The notes beneath the pieces are model-generated. The model searched no databases, was not told where the DNA came from, and saw only the letters and a list, made by a program, of their open reading frames with translations. From Acidobacteriota bacterium (lineage in GTDB: Bacteria > Acidobacteriota > UBA6911 > RPQK01 > JAJDTT01), in contig OZ253580.1 in NCBI GenBank assembly GCA_965263035.1, positions 352,001 through 416,000 on the forward strand: a stretch of 64,000 bases of DNA, read 5' to 3'. The position numbers and the translations under genes were made by a program. Of this stretch, positions 10,480-19,176 are shown in pieces (the first letter of the stretch is position 1; every line of letters starts with the position of its first letter).

Positions 10480-11504
10480 GCGGACGGGCCAACGGAAACG
10501 TTCTCCGATTCCCCGGCAGGCGGGGCTGCCTGTTCTCGGACGAGCAGATGCGGGAGATGAGGGCCGCCGACCCGGCCAAGGTCCTCCAGACGCCAGCCGC
10601 GTTGCGGCGGTCCACGTTGGAGCGCAGCTTCCTGTCGGTCAGCAACTCCACCTCCAAGACCTACAAGGCCGCGTTGCGCGGGCTCGACAAATGGCTCGAC
10701 GACCGGGACCTCGACGACGGGCTCTTGGCCGACTACGCGTTGAGCCTCCACCGGGACGGGAAGGCCCCGAGCACGATCTCGACCGTGCTGGCGGCCGCGA
10801 GGTTCCGGGCCAAGGCCCTGAGGCAGCCGAACCCCGTCGGACCGGAGACGGAAGCCGTGAGGCGTCACGTCCGGCGGGAGGGCGCCGGACGCGGCAAGGG
10901 ACAGGCCAACCCCCTGACCCGGGACGAGGTGGAGCGGGTGATCTCGACGGCGGAGCGGGACGGCTCGGTCTGGGCGATCCGGGACGCGGCGCTGGTCGCC
11001 GCCGCGTTCTACTGCGGGCTCAGGTCCGCCGAGGTCACGGCCGTCAAGGTTCGGGACCTGGAGTTCCGGGACGACGGGACCGGGCTCCTCTCGATCCGGC
11101 AGTCCAAGAGCGACCAGTTCGGGCGCGGCAAGACGGTCCCCATCCCGAGGCCGGCAGCCCGTCGGATCTCGGCGTGGCTCCGCCTCGCCGGCATCGAAGC
11201 GGGACCGGTGTTCCCGGCAATCCAGACGAACGGGATCGGCGGGGCGCCGCCGAAGGTCCTGGACAGGGCGATGCACAAGGTCCACACGGGTAGGATCATC
11301 CGGGACCGGGCCAAGGCCGCCGGGTTTCCCGGGATCAGCTCCCACTCGATGCGAAGGTCCTTCGCCCAGCACCTGAGCCGGGAGGGATACGAGACCCACG
11401 TCATCGCGGAGGCCGGTCGGTGGTCCGACCTGAGCATGGTCCTGCGGTACACGCAGGGGACCCGGGCCGCCCGGTCCGCCGTCCTCTCGGCGTTCGACGA
11501 GTAG
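10476..11504 (+). CDS. Tyrosine recombinase/integrase (Cre-like)
   Basis: RDAAL...GLRSAEV, SKSDQFG, HSMRR, GRWS...MVLRY catalytic R-K-H-R-W-Y set. Confidence 0.92.
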   Translation: MSGRANGNVLRFPGRRGCLFSDEQMREMRAADPAKVLQTPAALRRSTLERSFLSVSNSTSKTYKAALRGLDKWLDDRDLDDGLLADYALSLHRDGKAPSTISTVLAAARFRAKALRQPNPVGPETEAVRRHVRREGAGRGKGQANPLTRDEVERVISTAERDGSVWAIRDAALVAAAFYCGLRSAEVTAVKVRDLEFRDDGTGLLSIRQSKSDQFGRGKTVPIPRPAARRISAWLRLAGIEAGPVFPAIQTNGIGGAPPKVLDRAMHKVHTGRIIRDRAKAAGFPGISSHSMRRSFAQHLSREGYETHVIAEAGRWSDLSMVLRYTQGTRAARSAVLSAFDE

Positions 11505-12105
11505 ACCCCCCGGCGGGCTGTCACCGCAACACGATATGATTGTTCGCGTGGCCGATTTTCTCCTTTTCTGGCCACAAGCTGCCTCTCGGTTGGGGAGGGA
11601 ATTTGATAGCCTCCCTCCCCGATCCGCCGGGAGGGAGTATAATAGGCTATGCGGGTCGCCACCCTTCCCCCGGCGATCCGTTTCGTGGCCCCGGGAACTC
11701 GCCGATTTCATTGCACAATCTTGGTTCCCTCCCGGGGCCTTTCCCCCTTCTGTCGTGCCGTTGGGGTAAAGTGGTTTCGCAATGAAATTGGCGAGACGCT
11801 TACCGGTCGGCAACGGCCACTTGCACCCAGCGCCAATCGAGCACGCCGTTACTGGGGGGGAGATCCCGCAGCGGCAGCCCAAGATCCACGGACGGAAGCG
11901 GGCTAGGGGAGATCGTCAGGTCTCAGAGAAATCCGTCTAGTCGCGGCTGCTGACGCAGTGAAACGCGGCCCCACGACGGCCCCTGCATATCAGGGTCCGG
12001 GCAAGGATCTGCACCTCGCAAGTCTTGGAACCTTCGGGTTTCGGGCGGGGAGGGGTAGATCCTCGCCCACTCAAACCCCGCATATTCGGATTATGGGGAT
12101 TAAGG
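11505..12105. other. Inverted-repeat-rich non-coding region (candidate ncRNA, origin or packaging site)
   Basis: 17-bp stem 11698-11714/11779-11795, 10-bp stem 11687-11696/11730-11739 and further hairpins; no convincing ORF. Confidence 0.5.
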
Positions 12106-12201
12106 GGGAATGGGGAACGAGAGAGAGAAAGAGTATGTCGCCCGTCGAATCACCGTCTGGGTCAAGACCACCGAGCTAAGGGGGAAGGAGGGAGGTCGAA
12201 C

Positions 12202-12345
12202 ATGATGGACTTGTTCAGGCCGTCGTGCCGAATCCCGGGATTTACGGCCAAATCCCTCAGTGGTATCAGCCGAGGGCAAGGGGACCCCTATGAATTCTCC
12301 CCGGAAAGCAGGGGGCGGTCGTGTGGGGGGTCTTCGCACACATGA
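12202..12345 (+). CDS. 47-aa micro-ORF coupled to terL
   Basis: Strong RBS (AAGGAGGGAGG), ATG 12202, stop overlaps the terL ATG (ATGA). Confidence 0.4.
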   Translation: MMDLFRPSCRIPGFTAKSLSGISRGQGDPYEFSPESRGRSCGGSSHT

Positions 12346-13805
12346 GCCGCCGCCGGGTCGAGTGGCCCCCCTCGATAGACCTCAGGCCGTTCCAACGCCG
12401 GTTCCTGTCCAATCTGCTAAGGCCAAGCACCAGAACCGCCGTCCTCTCGATGCCGAGGGGGAACGGGAAGTCGACCTTGCTCGCCCACGTTTGCCGGAGG
12501 GTCATGGACCCCGGAGACAAGCTGTTCGCCGACGGCGAGGACGTCTACCTCGTCGCCAACAGCCTCCAGCAGGCCGTCAGGACGACGTTCGGGATCTTCC
12601 GGTCGATGATGCCGGACGACCCGTTGGCGTACCGCTTCACCGAGAACACACAGGCCGCCCAATGCCTTCACGTCCGCTCGCGGACCAAGTTGACGGTCCT
12701 CCCCGCCAGCGGCAAATCGGCCTCCGGGATCGTACGGGCCCGGCTGGTCGTCTGCGACGAGCCGGCCGCCTGGCACGCCGCCGCCGGCCTGACGATGTTC
12801 GAGTCGATCCAGGGGGCAATCGGCAAGCCGGGGTCCCGGCTGAAGGTCGTCTACATCGGCACCCGAAGTATCGGCGGCGCCGCCCCCCCGGACCCCGAGA
12901 GCTGGTGGCCGACCTTGATCCGGGAGGGGTCCCGGGGGTTGACCTACGTCCAATTTCACCAGGGGGACCCCGACCGGTGGGACCAGTGGCAGAACATCCG
13001 CCGGGCGAATCCCCTCATGAGCCTCTTCGCCGAGTCGAGGGCCGTCCTGTTGGAGGAGCGGGACAAGGCCCGGACCGATCCCCGGCTCCGTGCGGCGTTC
13101 CTCTCGGATCGGCTGAACGTCCCCCGTGGGGACTCCTCCGCGGTGCTCTTGACGGTGGACGACTGGCGGCGGGTGCTCGACCGGCCCGTGGCGCCGAGCT
13201 CGGGCCGCCCCGTCTGCGGGGTGGATTTGGGCGGCGGACGGGCCTGGTCGAGTGCCGTGGCCGTCTGGCCGGGCGGCAGGACGGAGGCGGTCGCGCTGGC
13301 CCCCGGGATACCGGACCTCGAACGGCAGGAGAAACGGGACGGGGTGACCCCGGGCACCTATCGGCGGCTGGCCGACATCGGCGCCCTCGTCGTGGCCGAA
13401 GGCCTCAGGGTGCCGCCCGTCTCCCTGCTGGTGGCTCACGTGCGGGAATGGGGACCCGCCGCCATCGTCTGCGACCGGTTCAGGTACTCCGAGTTGCAGG
13501 ACTCGAACCCCGGATGCCCGATCGTCCCACGGATCAACAGGTGGTCGAACAGCACGGAGGACATAAGGTGCCTCCGTCGCGGGTGCCTCGACGGACCGCT
13601 CTCGGTGGCCGCTGGCTCCCGGGCCCTGGTCGAGGCGAGCCTGAGGGTCGCGACCGTCGTCAACGACGATTCGGGGAACTCCCGGCTGCGGAAGTCGAGC
13701 AACAACAAGGCCCGGGACGACGTGGCCCAGAGTTGGCTGCTGGCCGCCGGCGCCAACGCCCGCAGGAGGCCCGCCAGGACGCCCAGGATCTCCTTGGTGG
13801 GCTAA
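12342..13805 (+). CDS. terL: Terminase large subunit
   Basis: LRPFQ adenine motif, PRGNGKS Walker A, VVCDE Walker B, IGT motif III, nuclease GVDLG...CDRF...RDD. Confidence 0.88.
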   Translation: MSRRRVEWPPSIDLRPFQRRFLSNLLRPSTRTAVLSMPRGNGKSTLLAHVCRRVMDPGDKLFADGEDVYLVANSLQQAVRTTFGIFRSMMPDDPLAYRFTENTQAAQCLHVRSRTKLTVLPASGKSASGIVRARLVVCDEPAAWHAAAGLTMFESIQGAIGKPGSRLKVVYIGTRSIGGAAPPDPESWWPTLIREGSRGLTYVQFHQGDPDRWDQWQNIRRANPLMSLFAESRAVLLEERDKARTDPRLRAAFLSDRLNVPRGDSSAVLLTVDDWRRVLDRPVAPSSGRPVCGVDLGGGRAWSSAVAVWPGGRTEAVALAPGIPDLERQEKRDGVTPGTYRRLADIGALVVAEGLRVPPVSLLVAHVREWGPAAIVCDRFRYSELQDSNPGCPIVPRINRWSNSTEDIRCLRRGCLDGPLSVAAGSRALVEASLRVATVVNDDSGNSRLRKSSNNKARDDVAQSWLLAAGANARRRPARTPRISLVG

Positions 13806-13920
13806 CCCGGAGAATTCATGGCATAATGACTTGAGCTTGACAATTTGAACCGCATGTGAGAGCCCGCCGCCGCTGATTGGCTGCCACCTCTTTAGCCGTG
13901 ACCACCCGGGAGGGGGAGCC

Positions 13921-14187
13921 TTGACCCGCAAAGAAGCCAACGATCGAATCTACTCGTCGCGACGGTGGCGACGCCTCCGCCTGTCGGTCCTCGACCGTGC
14001 CGGCTGGCGCTGCCGTAAGTGCGGGCGGGCCGGACGCTTGGAGGTCCACCACAAGCACCCTGTTCGCGAGGGCGGCGAAGCCTGGTGCGAATCCAACCTC
14101 CAGCCCCTCTGCCGTACCTGCCACTTCCGCACCCATGTTCCCCTGCCGGCTGACGTGGCCGAGTGGAGGGCCTTCGCCGGTGCCTAA
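13921..14187 (+). CDS. HNH endonuclease (HK97 gp74-like packaging cofactor)
   Basis: YSSRRWRRLR..VLDR..CRKC...EVHH...GG...NLQPLCRTCH. Confidence 0.9.
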   Translation: MTRKEANDRIYSSRRWRRLRLSVLDRAGWRCRKCGRAGRLEVHHKHPVREGGEAWCESNLQPLCRTCHFRTHVPLPADVAEWRAFAGA

Positions 14188-14950
14188 CTTGAGTAGGATA
14201 TGGCGGCTCCACCCATTGACCGGCGGGCAGCCCAGCAGCCACTCGCTCTCGATTTGGGTCGAGACGCTGGGGTTGCGGGGGGAGCCGTACGGGGACCGTC
14301 TGCAAAGCGCGGACCCGCCCAGTTTCATCTCCCCCGCCAGCGGCTCCGAAGAGGCGCCGTCCCCCCGGACGAAACGGGTCTACACCCTGTCCCGCATGGG
14401 CGACCCCGTGCTCGTGGACGTGGGGGACCCGATCGGCTTCGAGACGCTTCGCATACGCCACCGGGACCTGTCCACCCACTCGATCTTCAGCGACGAGGAC
14501 GGCCGGGAGTGGCATGTCGAGAAGTTCGCCGACCCCGACGGGCGGCGGCGCTGGACGCAGGTCGAGCTTGTCGCCTACCGGATCGCCCCACCAGACGAGG
14601 TCCCCTCGTTCACGGCCCCGACGGGCTGGACGCTGGAGGAGGGCGGGGACCCGGTCCAATTGCTGACCGTGTCGGCCCGTGTGCGGACCCAGGACGCCTA
14701 CCACGAATTCGTCGGGCTCCGGTTCGGCCACGTGAACGCGTGGACTGCTACCGGCTTCGTCGTCGGGGAGTACCCCGTCGAACGGCCTGACGGCCTTGAG
14801 GGGACATTGATGTTCACCCAGGGGGCCGACCCCCAGGAAGGTCTCGGGGCGGGGGAGGACTGGCCCGGAGACGGAGCCTGCCTCATCGACGGAATACTAG
14901 CGTCCCGGGCCCTGGAGCTCGGGGCCGTCATTCGAATCAAGGGAACCTAA
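14180..14950 (+). CDS. Hypothetical virion protein; N-half weakly resembles head-closure proteins
   Basis: GTG 14180 with GGAGG RBS overlapping the HNH end; LRIRHRDL...DEDGREWHVEKFADPDGRRRWTQVEL. Confidence 0.5.
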   Translation: MPNLSRIWRLHPLTGGQPSSHSLSIWVETLGLRGEPYGDRLQSADPPSFISPASGSEEAPSPRTKRVYTLSRMGDPVLVDVGDPIGFETLRIRHRDLSTHSIFSDEDGREWHVEKFADPDGRRRWTQVELVAYRIAPPDEVPSFTAPTGWTLEEGGDPVQLLTVSARVRTQDAYHEFVGLRFGHVNAWTATGFVVGEYPVERPDGLEGTLMFTQGADPQEGLGAGEDWPGDGACLIDGILASRALELGAVIRIKGT

Positions 14951-14963
14951 ATGGAGGAGTGAC

Positions 14964-16190
14964 ATGACCAAAGAAACACGCGAGGCGCTGCTGAAAGCCA
15001 GCGAGATTCGCACCAAGATCAACATGGAGCAGGCCAAGTCCGAGCCGAATTCCGAGACCCTGGAGACCCTGCGAAAGCAGTCCCTGGACGCGGAGGGGGA
15101 ACTCCGGGAGGCCCTGGCCAAGGACGAGGACGACGAGTCCATCGCCAAGACCCCGGACCGCGAGGAGCGGGACCGCCTGGAGCTGCGGTCCAAGTCCCGG
15201 TTCCATCGGTTCGTCAGGGCGGCGGTTCTCGGCAGGGAGGTTGACGGCGCGGAGGCCGAGTATGCCGACTCCCTGGGCTGCCCCGGACTGGTCCCGCTGG
15301 ACCTGTTCGAGACCCGGAGCCGGGAGCAGCGAGCGGTCACTCCGGGCCCGGCCGACGGCGACGTGAACAAGACCACGGCTCGGATCGTTCCGGCCCTCTT
15401 CGACCGGTCGGTTGCGCCGTGGCTGGGAATCGCCATGCCCACGGTCGGAACGGGCATCCAGTCCTTCCCGGTGCTGAGCACCAGCCTGACCGGCGGACCC
15501 AAGGCCGAGGACGCGGCAGCCGCGGAGACGGCGGGCGCGTTCACCGTCACCGACGCCGACCCTCGGCGGCTCACCGGCTCGTTCAAGATCCGCAAGGAGG
15601 ACATCGCCAAGATGTCGGGCCTCGAGGAGTCCCTCCGGTCCAACCTGTCCAGCGTCCTGAGCGACGAACTGGACAAGCAGGTCGTCAACGGCACCGCACC
15701 GCACCTGAACGGCATCCTTGAGCAGCTCACCAACCCCACGGCCCCGGCTGCTTCGGCGGAGAGCTTTGTCCGATACGTCACTGCCTTCGCCTCGCACATC
15801 GACGGGTTGCACGCTGTCCAGGAAACGGACGTGCGCGGTCTCGTCGGTCGGCAAACGCTCCGGCACATGGCTGCCACTTTCGGTGGCGCGGCAGTCCGTG
15901 GGGACCGCTCGGCAGCCGAGTACCTGCGCACGTCGTTCGGCGGGGTGCGGGCCACGAGGCGGATCGCGGACCCGGCGAGCAACGTCCAGCAGGTCATCAT
16001 CCGTCGGTCCAACCCGGCAGGCGACCGGGTGGCCGTGGCTCCCGTCTGGAGCGGCTTGGAGTTGATCCGCGACCCGTACACCGAGGCTGGCAAGGGCCAG
16101 ATCGTCGTGACCGGGATCGTCCTGGTCGGCGGGGTCGTCCTGCTTCGGTCCGGCGCATTCGTGCAGGACTCGTTCAGACTGGCCGCGTGA
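14964..16190 (+). CDS. HK97-fold major capsid protein
   Basis: N-terminal helical delta/scaffold-like domain; ELDKQVVNGT...LNGIL; ELIRDPYTEAGKGQIVVT...VLLRSGAF. Confidence 0.85.
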   Translation: MTKETREALLKASEIRTKINMEQAKSEPNSETLETLRKQSLDAEGELREALAKDEDDESIAKTPDREERDRLELRSKSRFHRFVRAAVLGREVDGAEAEYADSLGCPGLVPLDLFETRSREQRAVTPGPADGDVNKTTARIVPALFDRSVAPWLGIAMPTVGTGIQSFPVLSTSLTGGPKAEDAAAAETAGAFTVTDADPRRLTGSFKIRKEDIAKMSGLEESLRSNLSSVLSDELDKQVVNGTAPHLNGILEQLTNPTAPAASAESFVRYVTAFASHIDGLHAVQETDVRGLVGRQTLRHMAATFGGAAVRGDRSAAEYLRTSFGGVRATRRIADPASNVQQVIIRRSNPAGDRVAVAPVWSGLELIRDPYTEAGKGQIVVTGIVLVGGVVLLRSGAFVQDSFRLAA

Positions 16191-16738
16191 TGCCAATCAG
16201 CATCCTGAGGGGTCCCGCCGGCGCGGGCAAGTCGCAGTGGTTAAGGCGGAACGTTGGGGATGGCGAGATCATCCTCGACACCACGCCGATTTGGGCTGCG
16301 TTGACCAACGTCGAGCGGGACCCAGAGGGCCGTTACCGGGTTCGCCTCTTGGGAGAACCCGGATTGCGGGCGGCCCAATTCGCCAAGTGGAGCACCTTGG
16401 CCTTCGCAGCCAGGGAGAACCTGCCGGCTTGGTTCACCATCGCCAACTCCTCACCGGAGGCCATCACCCGCGTCCAGCAGGTCGTGGAGCGTGCCGGCGG
16501 GAGGATCGGGCGGATACGGACCGAGGACCCCGGCTTGGATACGGCCCTGGATCGGCTGGTCATCCCCAAGGCGTCCGTACCGGACGGCTGGGAGATCGTC
16601 GAGGACGGGGACGGCCGGAAGTACCTGCTCGACGAGTGCGACAACGCCCTCGCCAAGTGGTACGCCCGGAGCCCGGTTGCGGCGCGGATCGTCGCGAAGA
16701 AATACGGGCTGGCGTCCCGGCGCTCCGGGAGGAGGTAG
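16187..16738 (+). CDS. Small P-loop NTPase (AAA_33/kinase-like)
   Basis: ILRGPAGAGKSQW...GEIILDT. Confidence 0.65.
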   Translation: MMPISILRGPAGAGKSQWLRRNVGDGEIILDTTPIWAALTNVERDPEGRYRVRLLGEPGLRAAQFAKWSTLAFAARENLPAWFTIANSSPEAITRVQQVVERAGGRIGRIRTEDPGLDTALDRLVIPKASVPDGWEIVEDGDGRKYLLDECDNALAKWYARSPVAARIVAKKYGLASRRSGRR

Positions 16739-16740
16739 AC

Positions 16741-17193
16741 ATGGTGGAGAAGATTCATCGAAACGTCGAGATGGAACTGAGGGAAGGCCGCAACGGGCCC
16801 ATGCTCCACGGGACGATCGTCCAAGAGGGACGGGCCGCCACCGGTGGCCGGGCCGAGTTGTTCGCCCCCGGGAGCGTCACCTGGCCGGAGAACGGCATCG
16901 GGATCAAGGTCGGCCACGACGGGACGGAGGAGAGCCGGACCTACCCCGTGAGGTCCCCGAACGGAGAGATCAGGATCGCGGCCAAGGCCACCGAGCGGAT
17001 GGTCCGGGCCGTCCGGGAGGGCAAGACGGGGATGAGCGTCGAGTTCATCGCCTTGAGTGAGAACCGGACCAAGGGCGGGGTCAGGGAGCTCACCCGTGCC
17101 CTGGTGGACGCGGCGGCCATGACGGCGACCCCCGAGTACCAGCAGGGGCGGGCCGAGCTCCGGGCCAAGCGGGGGTACCAGATATGGCTGTGA
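16741..17193 (+). CDS. Prohead maturation protease (HK97/S78-like)
   Basis: GGAGG RBS, ATG 16741; ELFAPGS, GHD (His), GMSVEF (Ser), RELTRA..TPEY. Confidence 0.75.
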   Translation: MVEKIHRNVEMELREGRNGPMLHGTIVQEGRAATGGRAELFAPGSVTWPENGIGIKVGHDGTEESRTYPVRSPNGEIRIAAKATERMVRAVREGKTGMSVEFIALSENRTKGGVRELTRALVDAAAMTATPEYQQGRAELRAKRGYQIWL

Positions 17194-17498
17194 ATGCCTC
17201 CCAGTTGGCCCTGGCCCTACGCATCGTCGCCGACGAGGGGGATAGCCTGCCATCGGGCCAGACGGCCGTCCTGACGCGAATCCTGGCCGTTTCCGTCGCC
17301 TTGGTCGAGAAGCACGTCGGCGAGGGCGACCTCGACACGGACGTGGAGGACGAGGCCGTGATTCGCCTGTCCGCGTACTTGTTCGACACCGACCCGGTAC
17401 GGTCCAGGGGGAACGCGATGGTCAACAGCGGGTGCGCCCATCTGATCGACCAGTTCCGAACCCGGCGATCCGCCGTGGTCGAGGAGGACGACGAATGA
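17184..17498 (+). CDS. Head-tail connector/adaptor (gp6/gp15-like)
   Basis: ~100-aa helical protein, EAVIRLSAYLFD...SGCAHLIDQFR; lies among the head genes. Confidence 0.65.
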   Translation: MAVNASQLALALRIVADEGDSLPSGQTAVLTRILAVSVALVEKHVGEGDLDTDVEDEAVIRLSAYLFDTDPVRSRGNAMVNSGCAHLIDQFRTRRSAVVEEDDE

Positions 17499-18493
17499 GG
17501 TTCCAAGGCCGGGAGGTCCGGCTACCGTGGGAGCAGCGCTCCACAAGCTACTCGGAACTGATCGTGGCCGGTCTCCAGGCCCGGGCCGGGGGGGATGCCA
17601 ACGCGGACCTGCTGGCCACCGTCGAGGCGGCCTGCGGGATCTGGGAGAGGTCCCTGGCTGCTGGACGGTCATCGGTCCTCAGTCCGGCGCAACTGGCGAT
17701 GATCGGGCGCTCCCTGCTGCTCACCGGCGAGTCGGTCTGGTGGAAGTCCATGGGGTCCGGCCTGATGCCGGTCTCCCAGTGGGACCTGTCGGGCAAGTCG
17801 GCGGCCCAGAGCCGGTGGACCTACAAGCTCACCCTCTCGGTGCCGGATGGGACGATCCTCAAGGACGCCCATTCCAAACGGGTCCTCCACGTGCGGATCG
17901 GCAGCACCCCGGACCGGCCATGGGAGGGCACGAGCCCCCTGGCCCGCTCCGCGGCCACCAGGGACGCGCTGAGGGCGATCGAGGCGTCACTCCGCAAGAG
18001 CCACCAGGGACCGATCGGGGACATTTTGCCCGTGCCGGACCCCACCGACGAGAACCTGAATTCGGCGCTGCTCGGACTCAACGGCAAGACGCTGCTGGTG
18101 GAGCACTCGGAACTCGGCCTGCCGGGAGAGGGTCAGTCCGGCCGGACGACCTGGAACCCGAGACGGATCGGGCCGGCACCCTCGGAGGGAACGGTAGCGG
18201 CCCGGGAACCACTGCGACGTGACCTGCTGGAGGCTGCCGGCCTTCCCCCGAGCATGGTGGCACCGTCCACGGCCAACAGCGCCAGGGAGGGCCTGCGCCA
18301 GTTCCTCTGGACCACCGTCTCCCCGGTCGTCGGGTTGATCTCGGCGGAGTTGGAGCGGGTCGGGCTCGACCCCGAGATCGACATGAGCGGCCTGAACGCC
18401 AGCGACCTGGCGGGCCGCGCCCGGGCACTGGGCCAGATGGTCAAGGCCGGGGTTCCGCTCGACGAGGCCCGGAGGCTCACCGGCATGGAATGA
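17495..18493 (+). CDS. Portal protein (compact, 332 aa)
   Basis: VEAAC..., SLLLTGES, VLHVR...GTSPL, AGLPPSMV, TTVSP...AELE, DEARRLTG match HK97-type portal motifs. Confidence 0.75.
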   Translation: MRFQGREVRLPWEQRSTSYSELIVAGLQARAGGDANADLLATVEAACGIWERSLAAGRSSVLSPAQLAMIGRSLLLTGESVWWKSMGSGLMPVSQWDLSGKSAAQSRWTYKLTLSVPDGTILKDAHSKRVLHVRIGSTPDRPWEGTSPLARSAATRDALRAIEASLRKSHQGPIGDILPVPDPTDENLNSALLGLNGKTLLVEHSELGLPGEGQSGRTTWNPRRIGPAPSEGTVAAREPLRRDLLEAAGLPPSMVAPSTANSAREGLRQFLWTTVSPVVGLISAELERVGLDPEIDMSGLNASDLAGRARALGQMVKAGVPLDEARRLTGME

Positions 18494-18583
18494 GGAATGA
18501 GGCTTGCGGCCACTCGCCGCCGGAGGCATGGGAAAGGTGCTCCGTCAACAAGAACCTACCCACAGCATTCTCCTTTTTCGGTT

Positions 18584-18612
18584 GGGGAGGGGGGCGACCC
18601 CCTCCCCGTTTT
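18584..18612 (+). terminator. Probable intrinsic terminator after the portal gene
   Basis: GGGGAGGGGG-GCGA-CCCCCTCCCC followed by GTTTT. Confidence 0.55.
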
Positions 18613-18623
18613 CCCCCGACCTG

Positions 18624-18995
18624 ATGGCGAAGAACCCCGAGACCGCGGAGCGGATGCGGAGGCTGTGGGCCGACCCGGAGTTCCGGGCCAAGCGGTCCGC
18701 CGCCATCAAGCGGGCCCACTCGAAACCCGACCTCCGGGCCAAGCGCCGGAGGATCACCACGAAACTCTGGCGGGACCCGGCCTACCGGGAAAGGGCCAGC
18801 GCCGCTTTGAGGGAGGCCCAGAACCGGCCGGAGGTCCGGCAGAGGAAGTCGGAGTCCATCCGGCGGGCCCTGGCCGCTCCCGAGCAGCGGGAGCGCCTGG
18901 GGAGGCCGCGCAGGCGGAAGGTCAGCGACTTCGCGGCCGCGTGGTTCGGGCTGGACGAGCCCTATGTCCCGGAGGGGGGTAGTGTCCTAATTTGA
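18624..18995 (+). CDS. Basic helical 17-aa repeat protein (start uncertain; possibly 18528)
   Basis: Five units such as MRRLWADPEFRAKRSAA and TTKLWRDPAYRERASAA. Confidence 0.6.
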   Translation: MAKNPETAERMRRLWADPEFRAKRSAAIKRAHSKPDLRAKRRRITTKLWRDPAYRERASAALREAQNRPEVRQRKSESIRRALAAPEQRERLGRPRRRKVSDFAAAWFGLDEPYVPEGGSVLI

Positions 18996-19107
18996 ATCTG
19001 GCGCAGAAACTCTCCGGGCTCGGCCCTGGAGGAAGGGACCAACGGACACTCAGAGCAGCGGCGGATCAGGATCGCTTCCCGACAGCGTGATTCGGCTGGA
19101 GTCCGGT

Positions 19108-19136
19108 TTGACCATTACAATCCCGGCGCATAGAAT
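19108..19136 (+). promoter_or_regulatory. Sigma70-type promoter of the cargo operon
   Basis: TTGACC-N17-TAGAAT upstream of a GGAGG RBS and TTG 19177. Confidence 0.7.
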
Positions 19137-19176
19137 CAGCGGAAATTGACCGTTCTACCATGGGAGGAGGGTAGTT

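Noticed and set aside
11536-12179. ORFs of 70-85 aa in the integrase-terL gap
   Set aside because: No RBS or motifs, and several mutually overlapping frames; the inverted repeats explain the region better
13837-13842. Perfect TTGACA between terL and HNH as a promoter
   Set aside because: No -10 box at 16-18 bp; the AT-rich gap could be a cos or activator site, but I cannot support that
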